Source: Octopus sinensis | Lineage: Eukaryota | Assembly (NCBI RefSeq): GCF_006345805.1 | Contig: NC_043010.1 | Span: forward strand, 37,882,001 to 37,946,000 | Direction: 5' to 3' | DNA: 64,000 nt | Shown here: positions 39,577-52,404 of the stretch, piece after piece | Layout of the letters: each line of letters opens with the position of its first letter | Numbering within the stretch: the stretch's first letter is position 1 | Program-made: the position numbers and the translations under genes | The notes under the pieces: generated by a model | What the model saw: the letters and a program-made list of their open reading frames with translations, nothing else | Databases searched by the model: none | Told to the model about the DNA's origin: nothing

Positions 39577-39942
39577 AGCACTTAGAGCGTGCAAACCTCT
39601 ACCAAGGCAACACCAATGTCCTTTCAATGATTAGCCATTATTTATGATTATTAAAATTACAATATCTGAAATAAACTCGACTGCTCTCACAAATGAGAAT
39701 TCTAAAAATGAACCTGACCGCTCTCAAAAATTAAGTAAAAATAAAACAGGAAAAATAATCCAGAATCTTTGTCCGGTACCGGATCGATCCCAAAATCTAA
39801 TCAATTTGTGCCAGTTGTGAGGCCAAACATCCCCGAACGTTTCATCTGAATCCATCCATTGGTTCTTGAAATATCTTGTCCATGGACAAACAAACAAACA
39901 CGACTGAAAACAATACCTCCACCTTTGCTAAGGTGGAAATAA
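39577..39942 (-). mobile_element. Helentron-associated-like element (type 2), second copy, inserted in (AAT)n
   Basis: Reverse-complement homolog of 14258-14622 with terminal CCACCTTTGCTAAGGTGG hairpin; abuts a truncated family B copy. Confidence 0.65.
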
Positions 39943-41394
39943 TAATAATAATAATATTAATGAGGATGATGATAATAATTATAAATGAGTCAAATAACTG
40001 AGCTCATCAGCAAACATTAGACATATGGAGAGGAAATACATTGGCAAAGAAAAGAAATAAAACTAAACTAAAGCAAAATGTAAGCAGACTGGCTGTAGGA
40101 GAAGGTGAGATGTAACCTCCCTGAGGATCACGTTTTGAGTAGGTGTGTCAGTAAATTATATAGAGAACCAATGGGGGACCTCTATGTCGTCACTCACACT
40201 TACTAGCAATAGGGTCTACTTCTCCCTCAAATCATACTTGCTTTTTTGTTTTGTTTTAAAAGAAAAAGGAACACTTCAGTATTGTAGTTTACTATTTGTA
40301 TCATAGTTTTATAATAGGTGTACCATATTCCTACGTGTTGTAAGAGTCAATTGAAAGGGCTGATGACAAGCAGGACATGTGGCAGTAAAACAATACTCTG
40401 GAAAAAATCATCTAACCCATGCCAGTATGGAAAGTGGATGTAAACCACTGATGATGTTGTTGTTGTTGGTGATGGTGGTGGCGATTGGACATAGGAAGCT
40501 GGGGCAGTCACAGCTGGAATTACTTTGGTTGTAGTTCCAATCGATCAAAATGGAACCCGGGGTTAAATGACGACAACTTCATTGGCTTATATTGTCTAGA
40601 GAAAACAGTATACAGCTGTTGTTAAAAACAATTGAGATTTATAGCATTTCAAAACTGCTGATGTGTTTTGTTAAAACAAATCTTAATACATACATACACA
40701 TACCTAAATATATTACACACACACATATGTATATATGTGTGTGTGTAAAATCTATACATACATATATATATGTATGTATGTATATATATGTATGTATGTA
40801 TGTATGTATATCTATGTATGTATGTATATATATATATATATATGTATGTATATATATATATATGTATGTATATATGTAGTATGTATATATGTATGTATAT
40901 ATATATGATGTATGTATATATATGTGTATATATATGTATATATATATATAATATATATATAATGTATGTGTGTAGATGTATATGCATGTATTAGTTTTTT
41001 GTTGAAATTAACTTATGTTGAAAGATCTTCGAGGTGCAGATGTTTCACGACTAATCCTATTTATTACTTTTATTCTTTCGCATTCACTTGTTGTTGCAAA
41101 TTTCAAGACATGATCTAGCACTAGAGTCTTTGTTTTTACAGCCAGATGTTTTTACTTGTCACTAACAGATCAACCTGAGCGAGAAGTAGGAGTGGAAATG
41201 CATTTTATTGTCTAGCCAAAAAAGAACTGAACACAGAAAACAGCGATGTGCACTTGCTTTCTCATGGAAATAACACACTGCCTATAGTGAGGCTTGAACA
41301 TGTGGCTATGTTATCAGCAGCACAGTGCCTTAGCCTCATAGCCATTATTGCTCTGCAGATGAAGTTGGTAGTCTAAAAATATAGTTAGTTAGTA

Positions 41395-41820
41395 TCATCA
41401 TCATGTGTCCGCTTTCCATGCTAGCATGGGTTGGACGGTTCAACTGGGGTCTGGGAAGTCAGAAGGCTGCACCAGGCCCAGTCTGATCTGGCAATGTTTC
41501 TACGGCTGGATGCCTTTCCTAACGCCAACCACTCCGTGAGCCAGATGAGGCTGGCAAACGGCCATGATCGGATGGTGCTTTTTACGTGCCACCAGCACGG
41601 GGGCCAGGTGAGGCTGGCAACGGCCACGATCAGATGGTGCTTTTTACGTGCCACCAGCACGAAGCCAGTCAGGGCGGCGCTGGCAACGGCCACGTTCTGA
41701 TGGTTCTCTTACGTACCACCGGCACTGGTATCAGCTGCAATTTCCATTGATGTTGATCGATTTCGATTTTCACTTGCCTCAAAAGGTCTTCACAAGTAGA
41801 GATTTGTGTCCCAAGAAGGA
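41395..41820 (-). mobile_element. Family D copy with tandem units and variant 5' body
   Basis: CATCATCAT tail, conserved D body, about 3 GTGCCACCAGCACG-type units. Confidence 0.8.
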
Positions 41821-43186
41821 AGTATGAAATAGGTTAATAGGTGCAGGCAAGGCTGTTTGGGTTGAGAAGTTTGCTTTGCAACACTGTGATTAAGGGTTCA
41901 GTCCTACTGTATTGTGCTTTGGGCAAGTTTCCTCTACTATAACCCCAGACCAACCAATGCCTTGTAAGAGGGTGTGGTAAATGAAAACTGAAAGAAGCCT
42001 GTCATTTATGTGTGTGTGCATGCCTTTGTGTCTCTTTGTCTTGACATCACATGTTCATTGGAAACGGACATCACCATCATATAAACAGTGCCATTTGTTT
42101 GCAGTCTTATGTGTAAACGTTTTACTTGTTTCAGTCATTTGACTGTGGCCATGCTGGAGCACCACCTTTAGCCGAGCAAATCGACCCCAGGACTTATTCT
42201 TTGTAAGCCTAGTACTTATTTTAATTTTAAATATAACAAAGAATTTAGTAAAATAACTTAGTTATCATTAAGTTAATGTTAGGAACATAGATTGTGACTA
42301 AGGTTTGGTGGAAGATTTCAATTCAATACTTATGAAAACAAGACATTTGTACTACAGAGCCAGAGGCAGTTTCAGCCTGGTTGGTATCGAAAGGGTTATA
42401 TTGGGTGTCATTTTAAGCCTCTCTGCCATCATCCAATTAGATCTTGGTGGGATTTTAACTCAGAACACAGCTGGAATAAATACCACAAGGTATCTAGTCC
42501 AGTCTTTTCATAATCCTGCCTTGAAGTGGTACCTTTTTTATAGGTCCCTAGAGGATAAAAGCTACTCGTCCTTGATGGGAATTGAACTCTGGATGCAGAG
42601 AGTTGGAACAAATGCCATCCAGTATTCTATCAAGCACTCTAATAACTCTACCAATTTACCTGATACGCCCCTCTCTCTTTCTTTCTCTCTCTCTCTCTCC
42701 AGCTTTCAAGTCATGCATTAATCTCCTTGCTCTCTCTCTCTCTCACACGCTCCCTCCCACCCCAGGTCATGCACTTATCTCTTTGTTCAGAAACTCAACC
42801 CCATCAGATCCCTTCTCCAGGCCCATGTTTTTCCTGCGCTTGTTAACTTACAGATGTTCAAGCTGAACTTAAACCATATTGATTTCACCAGTCTCGGAGT
42901 ATTATATGCAATAGACTAGGAAAATATTCATCTCTTATCTCCATTAGTTGTCTCGAGGGATAATGAAGTCAGTGGGAAACTTGCTTTATGCTTGCAGCAC
43001 TGAAAGTATATAGCTGAATCAAATGTGTGGTGAAAGAAATATATTTGATGATGATTAATATTATGAGAACTGTCTTAGTTTATTTTACTTCTTGTTGTGT
43101 TAGCAAGTTTGCTAAGTAATTCTGGACATGTTTCACTGTTATTACGAGCCATTAGCAAAAATGTAGCCTTGCTTAAGTGCTTGTAA

Positions 43187-43232
<46 letters not shown>

Positions 43233-43611
43233 GTATGTGTATATATATATATATATATATATACACATACACATGTACGCACACACACATACACAGAGAA
43301 ATAGTTAAATTCGCCCTACACAGGTTACATATATTATTATATCATACCTAGATATTGTGTGAACTGGGATGCCTATTGGCTGGCCCCTGATGTTAAATAA
43401 AGTGTTAAGCATGGTATGCAAATCAGTAGCCCCGGTTCTCTGTAGTTACTGGATTGATTAAGTATATAAACAGGTTGGTTGCTTGTTTCTCTGGAATTGG
43501 TCAAATTGATGTAAACACCTCTGAGGAGAATAAAATGAAGTTCAAAGAAATCAATTAAGGCTGTTCATAATATGTTTTTGCTATTCTATGGAGAAATTAG
43601 TTAAATTTGAC

Positions 43612-43657
<46 letters not shown>

Positions 43658-44014
43658 ATATAAGCACCATCTGTACATGGCCGCTGTCAGTACCCCATGA
43701 CTGGCTCCCATGCCGATGGCACGTAAAATGCACCCACTACACTCTCGGAGTGGTTGCCATTAGGAAGGGCATCCAGCTGTAGAAACATTGCCAGATCAGA
43801 TTGGAGCCTGGTGCAGCCGCCGGCTCTCCAGACCTCAGTGAAACCGTCCAACCCATGCCAGCATGGAAAACAGACGTTACAGGATGATGATGATATATAT
43901 ATATAAATACAAAATGATTATCAGGACGTCAAGTACTAGTGCAATACACCTTACTTCAAGCACTGCGGATAATACCGGACTGATTTGGGCATTGTCTGTG
44001 AGAAAAACAGCACC

Positions 44015-44131
44015 ATGACGCAATTCACTCAGCCAGAAATTTGGGAACAACATGCTGTACTGCTTGGCATTCGTGCCAAATGCTCCAAACAATTCAGAGT
44101 GTTTGGGTGTCAGTCTGAGGACAGTGCAATC
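44015..44131 (+). pseudogene. N-terminal HTH fragment of a Tc1/mariner (maT) transposase
   Basis: MTQFTQPEIWEQHAVLLGIRA, then after a frameshift NSECLGVSLRTVQ, resembling the recognition helix of Tc1/mariner HTHs. Confidence 0.55.
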
Positions 44132-44194
44132 TGGGGACATGTACTGAGAGTGATAAAACACAAACAGCGGCTAACTGGCTTGCCAGAGTAGCTA

Positions 44195-44590
44195 ACTAGC
44201 TTCTGTGCCGGTGGCATGTAAGAAGCACCATTCGAGCGTGATCGTTACCAGCATTGCCTTACTGGCACTTATGCCAGTGGCACGTGGAAAACAACATTTG
44301 AGCGAGGTCATTGCCAGTGCCGCTGGACTGGCTCCTGTGCAGGTGGCACTTAAAAAACACCATTTGAGCATGGCCGTTGCCAGTACCGCCTGACTGGCCC
44401 TTGTGCTGGTGGCATGTAAAAGCATCCACTACACTCTTGGAGTGGTTGGCATTAGGAAGGGCATCCAGCTGTAGAAACACTGCCAGATCAAGATTGGAGC
44501 CTGGTGCAGCCATCTGGTTCACCAGTCCTCAATCAAATCGTCCAACCCATGCTAGCATGGAAAGCGGACGTTAAACAATGATGATGATGA
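44195..44590 (+). mobile_element. Family D copy lying between the two maT fragments
   Basis: 3-4 tandem units, D body, (GAT)n tail abutting the transposase C-terminal part. Confidence 0.85.
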
Positions 44591-45169
44591 TCCAGCCAAC
44601 ATCATGGTGTTTGGAGTGATCACTAGTGATGGTGATGTTATGCCTCCATTCATCTTCCTACATGGCCTCAAACTCAAAACGGAGGCCTACATCAAGTGCC
44701 TGGAGGAGGTAGTGTCAACCTGGGTCAAGAGGGTGGCTGCTGGAAGATCCTATGTCTGGCAACAGGACTCTGCATCATGCTACACAAGCAGGAGAATCCA
44801 GTCATGGCTGTCAGACAATTTCTGCAATTACATCACCCCTAACATCTGGCCACCTAACTCACCAGACTGCAACCTCTTTGATTATGTGTGGGGTGCAGTT
44901 GAGTGAGAGACCAACAAAACTCCTTCTAACACCAAAGATGAACTGAAGGCAAGGAGTACAGCAGCATTTATCAACCTAAACAAGGAGACTGCCCAAAAGA
45001 GTTGTAGGAAGCTGTGGTTGAAACCAATGACAAATTTATTGAATGAATTTACTTTTTAGTATTTCAAGATATTTTTATGTAATTTTGGTAAATATATCTG
45101 TAAAAATGAGATGTCAGTGTTATTTTCATTTTTGTGTAATTTAGACAACAGTTTACTCACTACACCCTG
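44591..45169 (+). mobile_element. DD37D maT transposase C-terminal relic and right end
   Basis: PANIMVFGV...YVWQQDSASCYTS...WPPNSPDCNLFDYVWGAVE*; 37 residues between the 2nd and 3rd D; frameshifted EAVVETNDKFIE* end; terminus CACCCTG at 45163-45169. Confidence 0.85.
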
Positions 45170-45327
45170 CATATAGGTACATATGTATGTGTTTGTATAT
45201 ATATATTATATGTGTGTATGGGTGTGTTTTCAAAACATTGTTTTAAAAAGTCACATCAGATGCTATAATGGTTCTAAGGTATAGGTACAGGAGGTGGTCA
45301 AACTCTGCATAAGGAGACAACCACCAC

Positions 45328-45364
<37 letters not shown>

Positions 45365-45730
45365 AAGAGTGGTGACAGTGACTTTGAAATCTTGACCTTC
45401 ATTGAAGTCTCTGAAATTGCAAAGTCATTGTCATCATGAAAATATAATGTTTTTTTTTTTGTTTTTTTTTTGCAAAAAGTATTGAGAAATCTTTCAGTTT
45501 AATGTAAAATTATTTTTAGTGTAGTTTGTCATGAAAACAAACATGATATATATATATAAATTGAAATTATGATGAACGTAAACAAGCTAACGAAGTTTGC
45601 TTTAGAAGCATTGAGATGTCTTAGAAAGTTAAAGAAGTGATTTTAAATTCTCAAACGCAGGATAATGCTAATAATATAACCTGAACAGGATAAGCTACCC
45701 CTATTTTGCGGAAAAAAGTGTTGGCAGCTG

Positions 45731-45792
45731 GCTATGAGATTCGAACTCACACCTCCGTGATTACGCTTCGTGGTGCTCTGAACCATTAAGCT
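45731..45792 (-). other. tRNA-like Pol III promoter remnant (A box, B box, T6)
   Basis: Minus strand TAGCTTAATGGTTCAGAGCA...GTGAGTTCGAATCTCAT, followed within about 20 nt by TTTTTT; no convincing acceptor or anticodon stem. Confidence 0.35.
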
Positions 45793-45973
45793 AAATATAT
45801 ATATATATATTGGTCACTAAGCCATTGTGGCCATTACTGGCTGTTATCAAAATATACACCGTAAGCAAATGTGCTTAAGACTTAGGATGTATACACAGAC
45901 ACATATGAATCTTCAACCATACACACACACAAATTCAACAATATGCATACACACACACTCAGACAAAATCATA

Positions 45974-46015
<42 letters not shown>

Positions 46016-46954
46016 CATATTCACAAATGTGCTGTCATATGCATATGCACACACACATGAAGTGACATGTACATATATTCCATCTATACACATACACATA
46101 CTTTACAGACACATGTACTGATAGACTTAGAACCTCCCCCACAGACACATATATTAACATGCACAGCCATACACATGTTTTGTTTTTGTACACTTGAATT
46201 TAATTTTATGCATACATGAAGCTTCTTTGTGTATTGACATTCGGTTAAATATGAACACAAACAAATATGCAGATCTGCACAGAAATGTCTAAACACTTGC
46301 AGTTCTTCATGTATAAATACTTATGAGTGTGTATATGAAAGAGGGTGAGTGTTGGAACGGATAAGATTGTGCTAACACTGCTGTTCATCATGTCCTTGAC
46401 ATCAACCACTCTCAATCGCTTCTGTTGAGAGTATCACTTGAGACAGACACAAGCACCGTGCTTGTGTGTATTGTGTGTGTGTGTGTGTGTGTGGTAGTGT
46501 TTGGATAAGAGTGTGTAAATGTGAGGGTGAATGTGTATGTGGGGTCTTGTATGTATGTATATTCTTTAATTCTTTTACTGGTTTCAGTCATTTGACTTTG
46601 GCCATGCTGAAACACCACTTTTAGTCGAATGAACTGACCCCAGCACTTATTCTTTGTAAGTCTAGTACTGCTGAACCGCTAAGTTATGGGGACATAAACA
46701 CACTAGCATCGGTTGTCAAGCGATGGCAGGGTGGTGGTGGGGGGGGGGGGAACAAGCACAGACACACAAAGAAATATATATATACACGCATACATACATA
46801 TATATATATAAACGATGGGCTTCTTTCAGTTTCCGGCTACCAAATCTACTCACAAGGCTTTTGTTGGCCCGAAGCTATAGTAGAAGACACTCGCCTAAGG
46901 TATCATGCAGTGGGACTGAACCAGGAACCATGTGGTTGGGAAGCAAGCTTCTTA

Positions 46955-47191
46955 TTTTTTTATTGCCCACAATGGGCTAAACATAGAGGAGACAAACAAG
47001 GGCAGACAAACAGATTAAGTCGATTACATTGAACCCACTGCATAACTGGTACTTAATTTATCGCCCCCGAAAGGATGAAAGGCAAAGTCGACCTCGGCGG
47101 AACTCGAACTCAGAACACAGCAGTGGACGAAATACCATAAAGCATTTAGCCTGGTGTGCTAACATTTCTACCAGCTTGTCGCCTTACCACA
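46955..47191 (-). mobile_element. SINE family B (tail type 3) inserted in the head of family A copy 46562-47215, 11-bp TSD
   Basis: CAAGCTTCTTA at 46944-46954 and 47192-47202. Confidence 0.9.
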
Positions 47192-47224
47192 CAAGCTTCT
47201 TACCACATGGCTATACCTACACCT

Positions 47225-47610
47225 ATCACAGTGTTGCAATATTGACCAGACCATCAGACAGTGTTGGTCACCATGTGCATCCAATTCTCTCTCGATTGTG
47301 TCATTCTTTTCCATCTTGACCCAAATTGTTCAACTAATCATCCTCTCAGCATCGTAGAGGCCTTCCAAGTGGCCTTTTCCGGTCTCTTGGGTACCGCTTG
47401 GCAACTGCAAGTGTCTGTGAACCTTGAGACATGTCTGGCCTAGTGGATCCTGCGCTTTTGGTATTCTGCAGTCACACCATTCACTCCGCTCCATTCGTGA
47501 GTGATGCATTTTGAATATGCTCACATGATGATATTCGTAGCATGGGTCTTTCCACCGCCCTTTCTATCGTCGCCAATCATTGTTCTATCTTCTTCATCTT
47601 AAAAGCAGAA
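47225..47610 (-). pseudogene. Decayed RTE-clade LINE 3' fragment (RT C-terminal region)
   Basis: Minus-strand translation with stops: ...LATIERAVERPML...RYPRDRKRPLGRPLRC*EDD, matching the WYPR..KRP.GRP..RW.DD motif of RTE elements. Confidence 0.75.
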
Positions 47611-47876
47611 ACAATGTGTGTATGTGTGTGTGTGTGTGTGTGTATGAGGGGGTACAAAGAGGAGGAATGTGCTTACGGAGTATGAGGTTTAGGAGAAGAC
47701 ATGTCTGGATAAAGCATCAATATTAATGCAGCGTCACAAGTCCTTGATTCTAATCAGTCTCAGAACTGGCATGGAGTGCCTACGAGAGAGAGAAAGCGGG
47801 GGTGGTAAAAAGAGGATGACTGAGAATGTGTGTATGCATGTATACATATATATTTATATGCACAATCATATATGTA

Positions 47877-47911
<35 letters not shown>

Positions 47912-50900
47912 TAAGTGTATATGCATTCCAGCAGAGTCTTGTTTCTCCATTGACAAGTTTTGTAAACATTATAAAGGGAGACAATAATGAATAGTTTAGT
48001 TGCTGGGGAGTTTTCTTTTTTGTTTTTGTTTGTTATTCCGTTTCATCTTGAATATGCAACCCATCTTCCCGTCCCCCTTCGTCACCTCTCCACAGTTTAA
48101 CCACCTGCCCACCCCACCCCCTTCGCCTCTATTGAAATCAGAGACATATTCCGATTTGTTGTGGTGGTTGTGGCGGTGGTGGTGGTGGTGATGGTTTGCT
48201 CCTGTTGTGGTGCTGGTTGTTGTTGTTGTTGTTGTTGTTGTTGTTGGTGTCGGTGGTGTTGTTGTGATTGTGGTCCTCATCATTGTCATTGTAGCACCGT
48301 TGTGAAGAAATCTGATATAGCGTTGGCGAGGAGTCAGCCTTGGTTAATGGTTAATTATTGAAAGGTCGTTATGAATATGAAACACTTAATTACTTTAGAA
48401 GGACAAATTCCAGAATCCGTATATTAACAATTGGAAATGTTTCCTTTCCTTCCCCTCTCACCCCTCTCTATCTATCTATCTGCCTATCTATCTTATCTGT
48501 CTATGTATGTATGTATGTATCTATCTATTGATCTCTGTTTCTTTCTGTTTGCTTTTCCGTTCCATTACTCTGTGTTTCCTTCTTTAATTAACAACAACTG
48601 CAGCTATAGATACATCATCATCATCATCACAAGTACTTCTAATTGTAGTAATAATACTCACACTGATTCTAATAATAATAATTATTATTATTATTATTAT
48701 TATTATTATTGTTTTTGTTGTTGTTGTTATGATAATGGTTTCAAATTTTGACATAAAGCCAGCAATTTTGAGGCAAAGGGGAGTAGTCGATGCCATCGAT
48801 CTCAGTATTAAGTAGCAATAATAATGATAATAATAATAATAATAATAATAATTCTTTCTAATTTTGGCACAGAACTAACAATTTTGAGGGAAGCGGGCGG
48901 GCAAGTTGATTATATCTACTCTGGTACTTGACTGGTTCTTTATTTAAGGCCCCCCCCACCTCCGGGAAGATGAAAGGTAAAGTTGGCCTCAGCAGGATTT
49001 GAACTCAGAACATAAAGAGCTGGAAGAAGTGCCACTGAACATTTTGCCTGACTTGCTAATGATTCTGATTATTACTACCTTGATGATGATGATGATGATG
49101 ATTTAGGTTCAAACTTTGAAGGGAGGGAGAGTAGGCAATACTTTTGACCCACCCACCCCTCCCATAGTACTTAATAAAAAGCACATGGCTTAGTGGTTAG
49201 GGCATTCGGCTTGTGATCATAAGGTCATGAGTTCAATTCCCAGCAACAAGTTCTGCTCTTGAGCAAGACACTTTATTTCACATTGCTCCAGTTCTCTCAG
49301 CTGACAGAAATGAGTTGTAAGCTGTAATTCAAAGAGCCAACCTTATCAAATTCTGGCTCATGCTGATTCTCCTTGAGAACTACATTAAGGGTGTGTGTGT
49401 GTGTACACGCGCGTGTGTTTGTGTGTGTCTGTGTGTGTGTGGTGTACTCAGCCACTTGGAGTAGGCTGTTTCCATTGATCAGATCAACTGGAGCATTGTC
49501 ATTGACAGAGAGCCAGACCAGTTAAAAACAATGGTCGCTTCTAACATCAGCACAGAGACGATGCTCTACCGCCTTTTTTTTTGTGTGATGATTTAATTAA
49601 TTAAATCAACTCCGTTATTTTGTTATTGACTCTGAGTATATGAAAGTCGGAGACAACCTCAGGAAAGTTTGATCTGAAACCAAACTTTGTTTTTTAGAGA
49701 AGTGCATAGGCATGTCTGTGTGGTGAACCCTGTAGCATTTGGTTTACTTTGGTAGATGCCTATTTATTTATTTGGTAGATGCCTATTTATTTACCCTGCA
49801 TTTATCTTATAGCCTCAAGATCTTGAAGATCTGATAGATTATTTTTAGAATGATGTTGTAGGGTAGACGTGAGAGGCTGGATCAGGCCAGTTTGACCTTA
49901 AAACAGATAGAATATTTGGGCTAGATATGGCTGTTTTAGATGCTAAACTGTTAGATCAATTTTAATCCTTGACCAATACTTTATTTTATTGACCCCAGAG
50001 ATGATGCAGTGTTTCAGAATGTGAATTTATACATCATCATCATCATCGTTTATAGAAAATCAAAATCTAAAGCAAAATTAAACCTACATGACATTTTACC
50101 ATTTTACCCGTTTTAGTACCACCATTAATTACATCTTTGCATTTAGATGCTTTTAGCTGTATCCATTTTATTGTAAATATTTTCAGGTGAGATCTATGCT
50201 TTGAGCATAAGTGATGTCTTAATGGACAGCATCCTTCTGCAGTGGCCCATGAGTCTTGGTGGTTCTATAAAGGTCAAGGCGGTCAAGGGCTTTTCTGACC
50301 GAGTAATAAAAAGAAAATGTTTGAAGTGCAGGTGTGGTTGTGTGATAAGTTTGCTTCCCAACCACATGGTTCTGGTTTCAAGCCCACAACATGGCACCTT
50401 GGTCAAGTGTCGTGTACAATAGCCTTGGACTGACCAAAGCCGTATGAGTGGATTTGGTAAATGGAAACTGAAAGAAGCCTGTGATATGCATGTGTCCCCT
50501 GCTAACACTTGACAACTGGTGTTGGTGTGTTTGCACCTCTCAAAAGAGATAAAATAAGTACTGGGCTTAAAATAAAATTGTAGGGGTTGATTGATTTGAC
50601 TAAAATTCTTCAAGGCAGTAGCCCTCCCACCTCGTGGGATGGCTGCAGTCCAATGACCGAAACCAAGATGAAAGATAAAAGATTAAGATATATTGTAAAA
50701 ACTGGGTTTTATTATGAGAGTAAAATTGATGAGGTTTATGTAATGGTTACGAAATGAACATATAACATGTGTGGGTGTGTGTGTATGCGTGTGTTTGTGT
50801 TTAATGCTTATGTCATGTTTGTGTTTATTTATCTGTCTGGTTTGGGAAATGCTAAAAACAACTGCAGCTGGAGAACAGCATTGTTTAATTTGTCAACGAT

Positions 50901-50946
50901 TCTTACCATCACAGCTGGCATCTCTTCATAAAAAGCAATGTGCTGT

Positions 50947-51004
<58 letters not shown>

Positions 51005-51166
51005 TGTGTGCATGTGCATATGAATGTATGAGTATATACATTCATGTATATGTATATGTATATATACACACACATTTATATGTATATGTATGTATATATG
51101 GAATACTTCAGCATTTTTCTAAGAGTGAGATGAGTGAATATGTTGTTTGTCTTGTTGCTATGTAAA

Positions 51167-51201
<35 letters not shown>

Positions 51202-52330
51202 TCTGTTATGATGCACACCAGATTTGAAGTGGTTGGCAATGATTTTCTCTTTTTTTTCCTTTAATTAAATCGTAACACCTCAAAAGCTGAGGAGATAACA
51301 ATATATTTAAGTGTTTAAATAAGCAAGCAATGACTTGCATGTGTGTGTGTGTGTGTGTGTGTGTAAAGGGTCCAGAAGTACTTCTGTTTTCAATGTAGCA
51401 GTGTTTTTGAACCGTATTCCAACAAATAGAATGCAAATTGCTCTCCTTAAATTTGGCTCCAGGCATATAATCCTTGTGGTCAAGTTTTCTCCGGAAGTTT
51501 CGGAATCTTAAGTCAATTTCAGTTGAAACCATTCTTCCACTTCAACTTGAATGGCAATATTGAACTTGTATTGAGGCTGTGTAACAATAACAACATGGAG
51601 AAAACAACACGCAAACTACTTCTGTTGGTGCGACCATGACAACAATAACAACAACAAGAAACAGTACCTTTGATTGATTGTTTTCTGATGTTTTTTTGTA
51701 AAGGAACCTGGTGCAGTTTGCCAGCTTACCAGCTCCTGTTAAATGATGATGATAACGGTGATTGGCCATCCATGATCTGGGCAAATCCATTTAATGGAGA
51801 AAACCCATAACATGGATTTGCTCCACAAGACATCCCATATTGTAGGGGGAAATCAACCTCCTGGGGTAAATCTATTTTATGAAGCTATCCTATCTTGTGG
51901 GGGTAGTTCTGTTTTGTTGGGTAAGTTCATTTTGTGGCGATCATCATCTTGTAGAAGTTTAGTCCATGTATTCCTCTCAGACACAAATGGAATGCTCAGC
52001 TACTTGATGGGTTTCTGAAGCAAAATCAGTGTGACACAGCACGTGACAAGGCTGTACCTTTTGAACTCTAGGTACAACAATCCACCCAGCAGGCTTTAGT
52101 GCAGTTCCCATCTACCCTGTTGCACTTGTAAGGTATGGCTTGGCCCAAGGCTATAGGAAATGACATTTGCCCCAATTGTCACACTGTGGATTTGAACCCA
52201 GGGCCTCATGGTTGCCAGGTGAGCTTGTTAACCATTAACCACTCAGCTTTATTGTGCTTACATACTGACCTCTGCATTATTTAGGGCAATTTGTAATGTA
52301 TTGATAAACTAAGCTTTTGTTTTTCCATTT

Positions 52331-52380
52331 GATTCCTGGCTTTCACCCAGGCGGCCCGGGTTCGATTCCCGGCATGGGAA
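52331..52380 (+). pseudogene. trnE: 5'-defective tRNA-Glu(TTC) copy
   Basis: GATT CCTGG CTTTCAC CCAGG CGGC CCGGG TTCGATT CCCGG CATGGGAA: intact anticodon arm (TTC), T arm and 3' acceptor strand; D arm/A box absent; no CCA. Confidence 0.85.
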
Positions 52381-52387
52381 TGCTTAC

Positions 52388-52395
52388 TTTTTTTT
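52388..52395 (+). terminator. Pol III-type T8 run after the tRNA-Glu fragment
   Basis: TTTTTTTT begins 8 nt downstream of the tRNA 3' end. Confidence 0.5.
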
Positions 52396-52404
52396 GTACA
52401 GGTG

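Noticed and set aside
43375-43470. ATTGG, ATGCAAAT octamer and TATATAAA in promoter-like order
   Set aside because: Short motifs in AT-rich DNA with no downstream gene or snRNA recognised.
45372-45432. 18-bp inverted repeat TGACAGTGACTTTGAAAT/ATTGCAAAGTCATTGTCA beside a TA run, as a possible decayed ribozyme
   Set aside because: The core CUGANGA is absent; too degenerate to call.
51360-51580. Unique segment with minus ORF MVSTEIDLRFRNFRRKLDH... and an acceptor-like TTACACAG
   Set aside because: All three frames after the acceptor stop within about 23 codons, there is no good donor, the ORF runs into (CA)n and no protein is recognised. It could still be UTR or a terminal exon.
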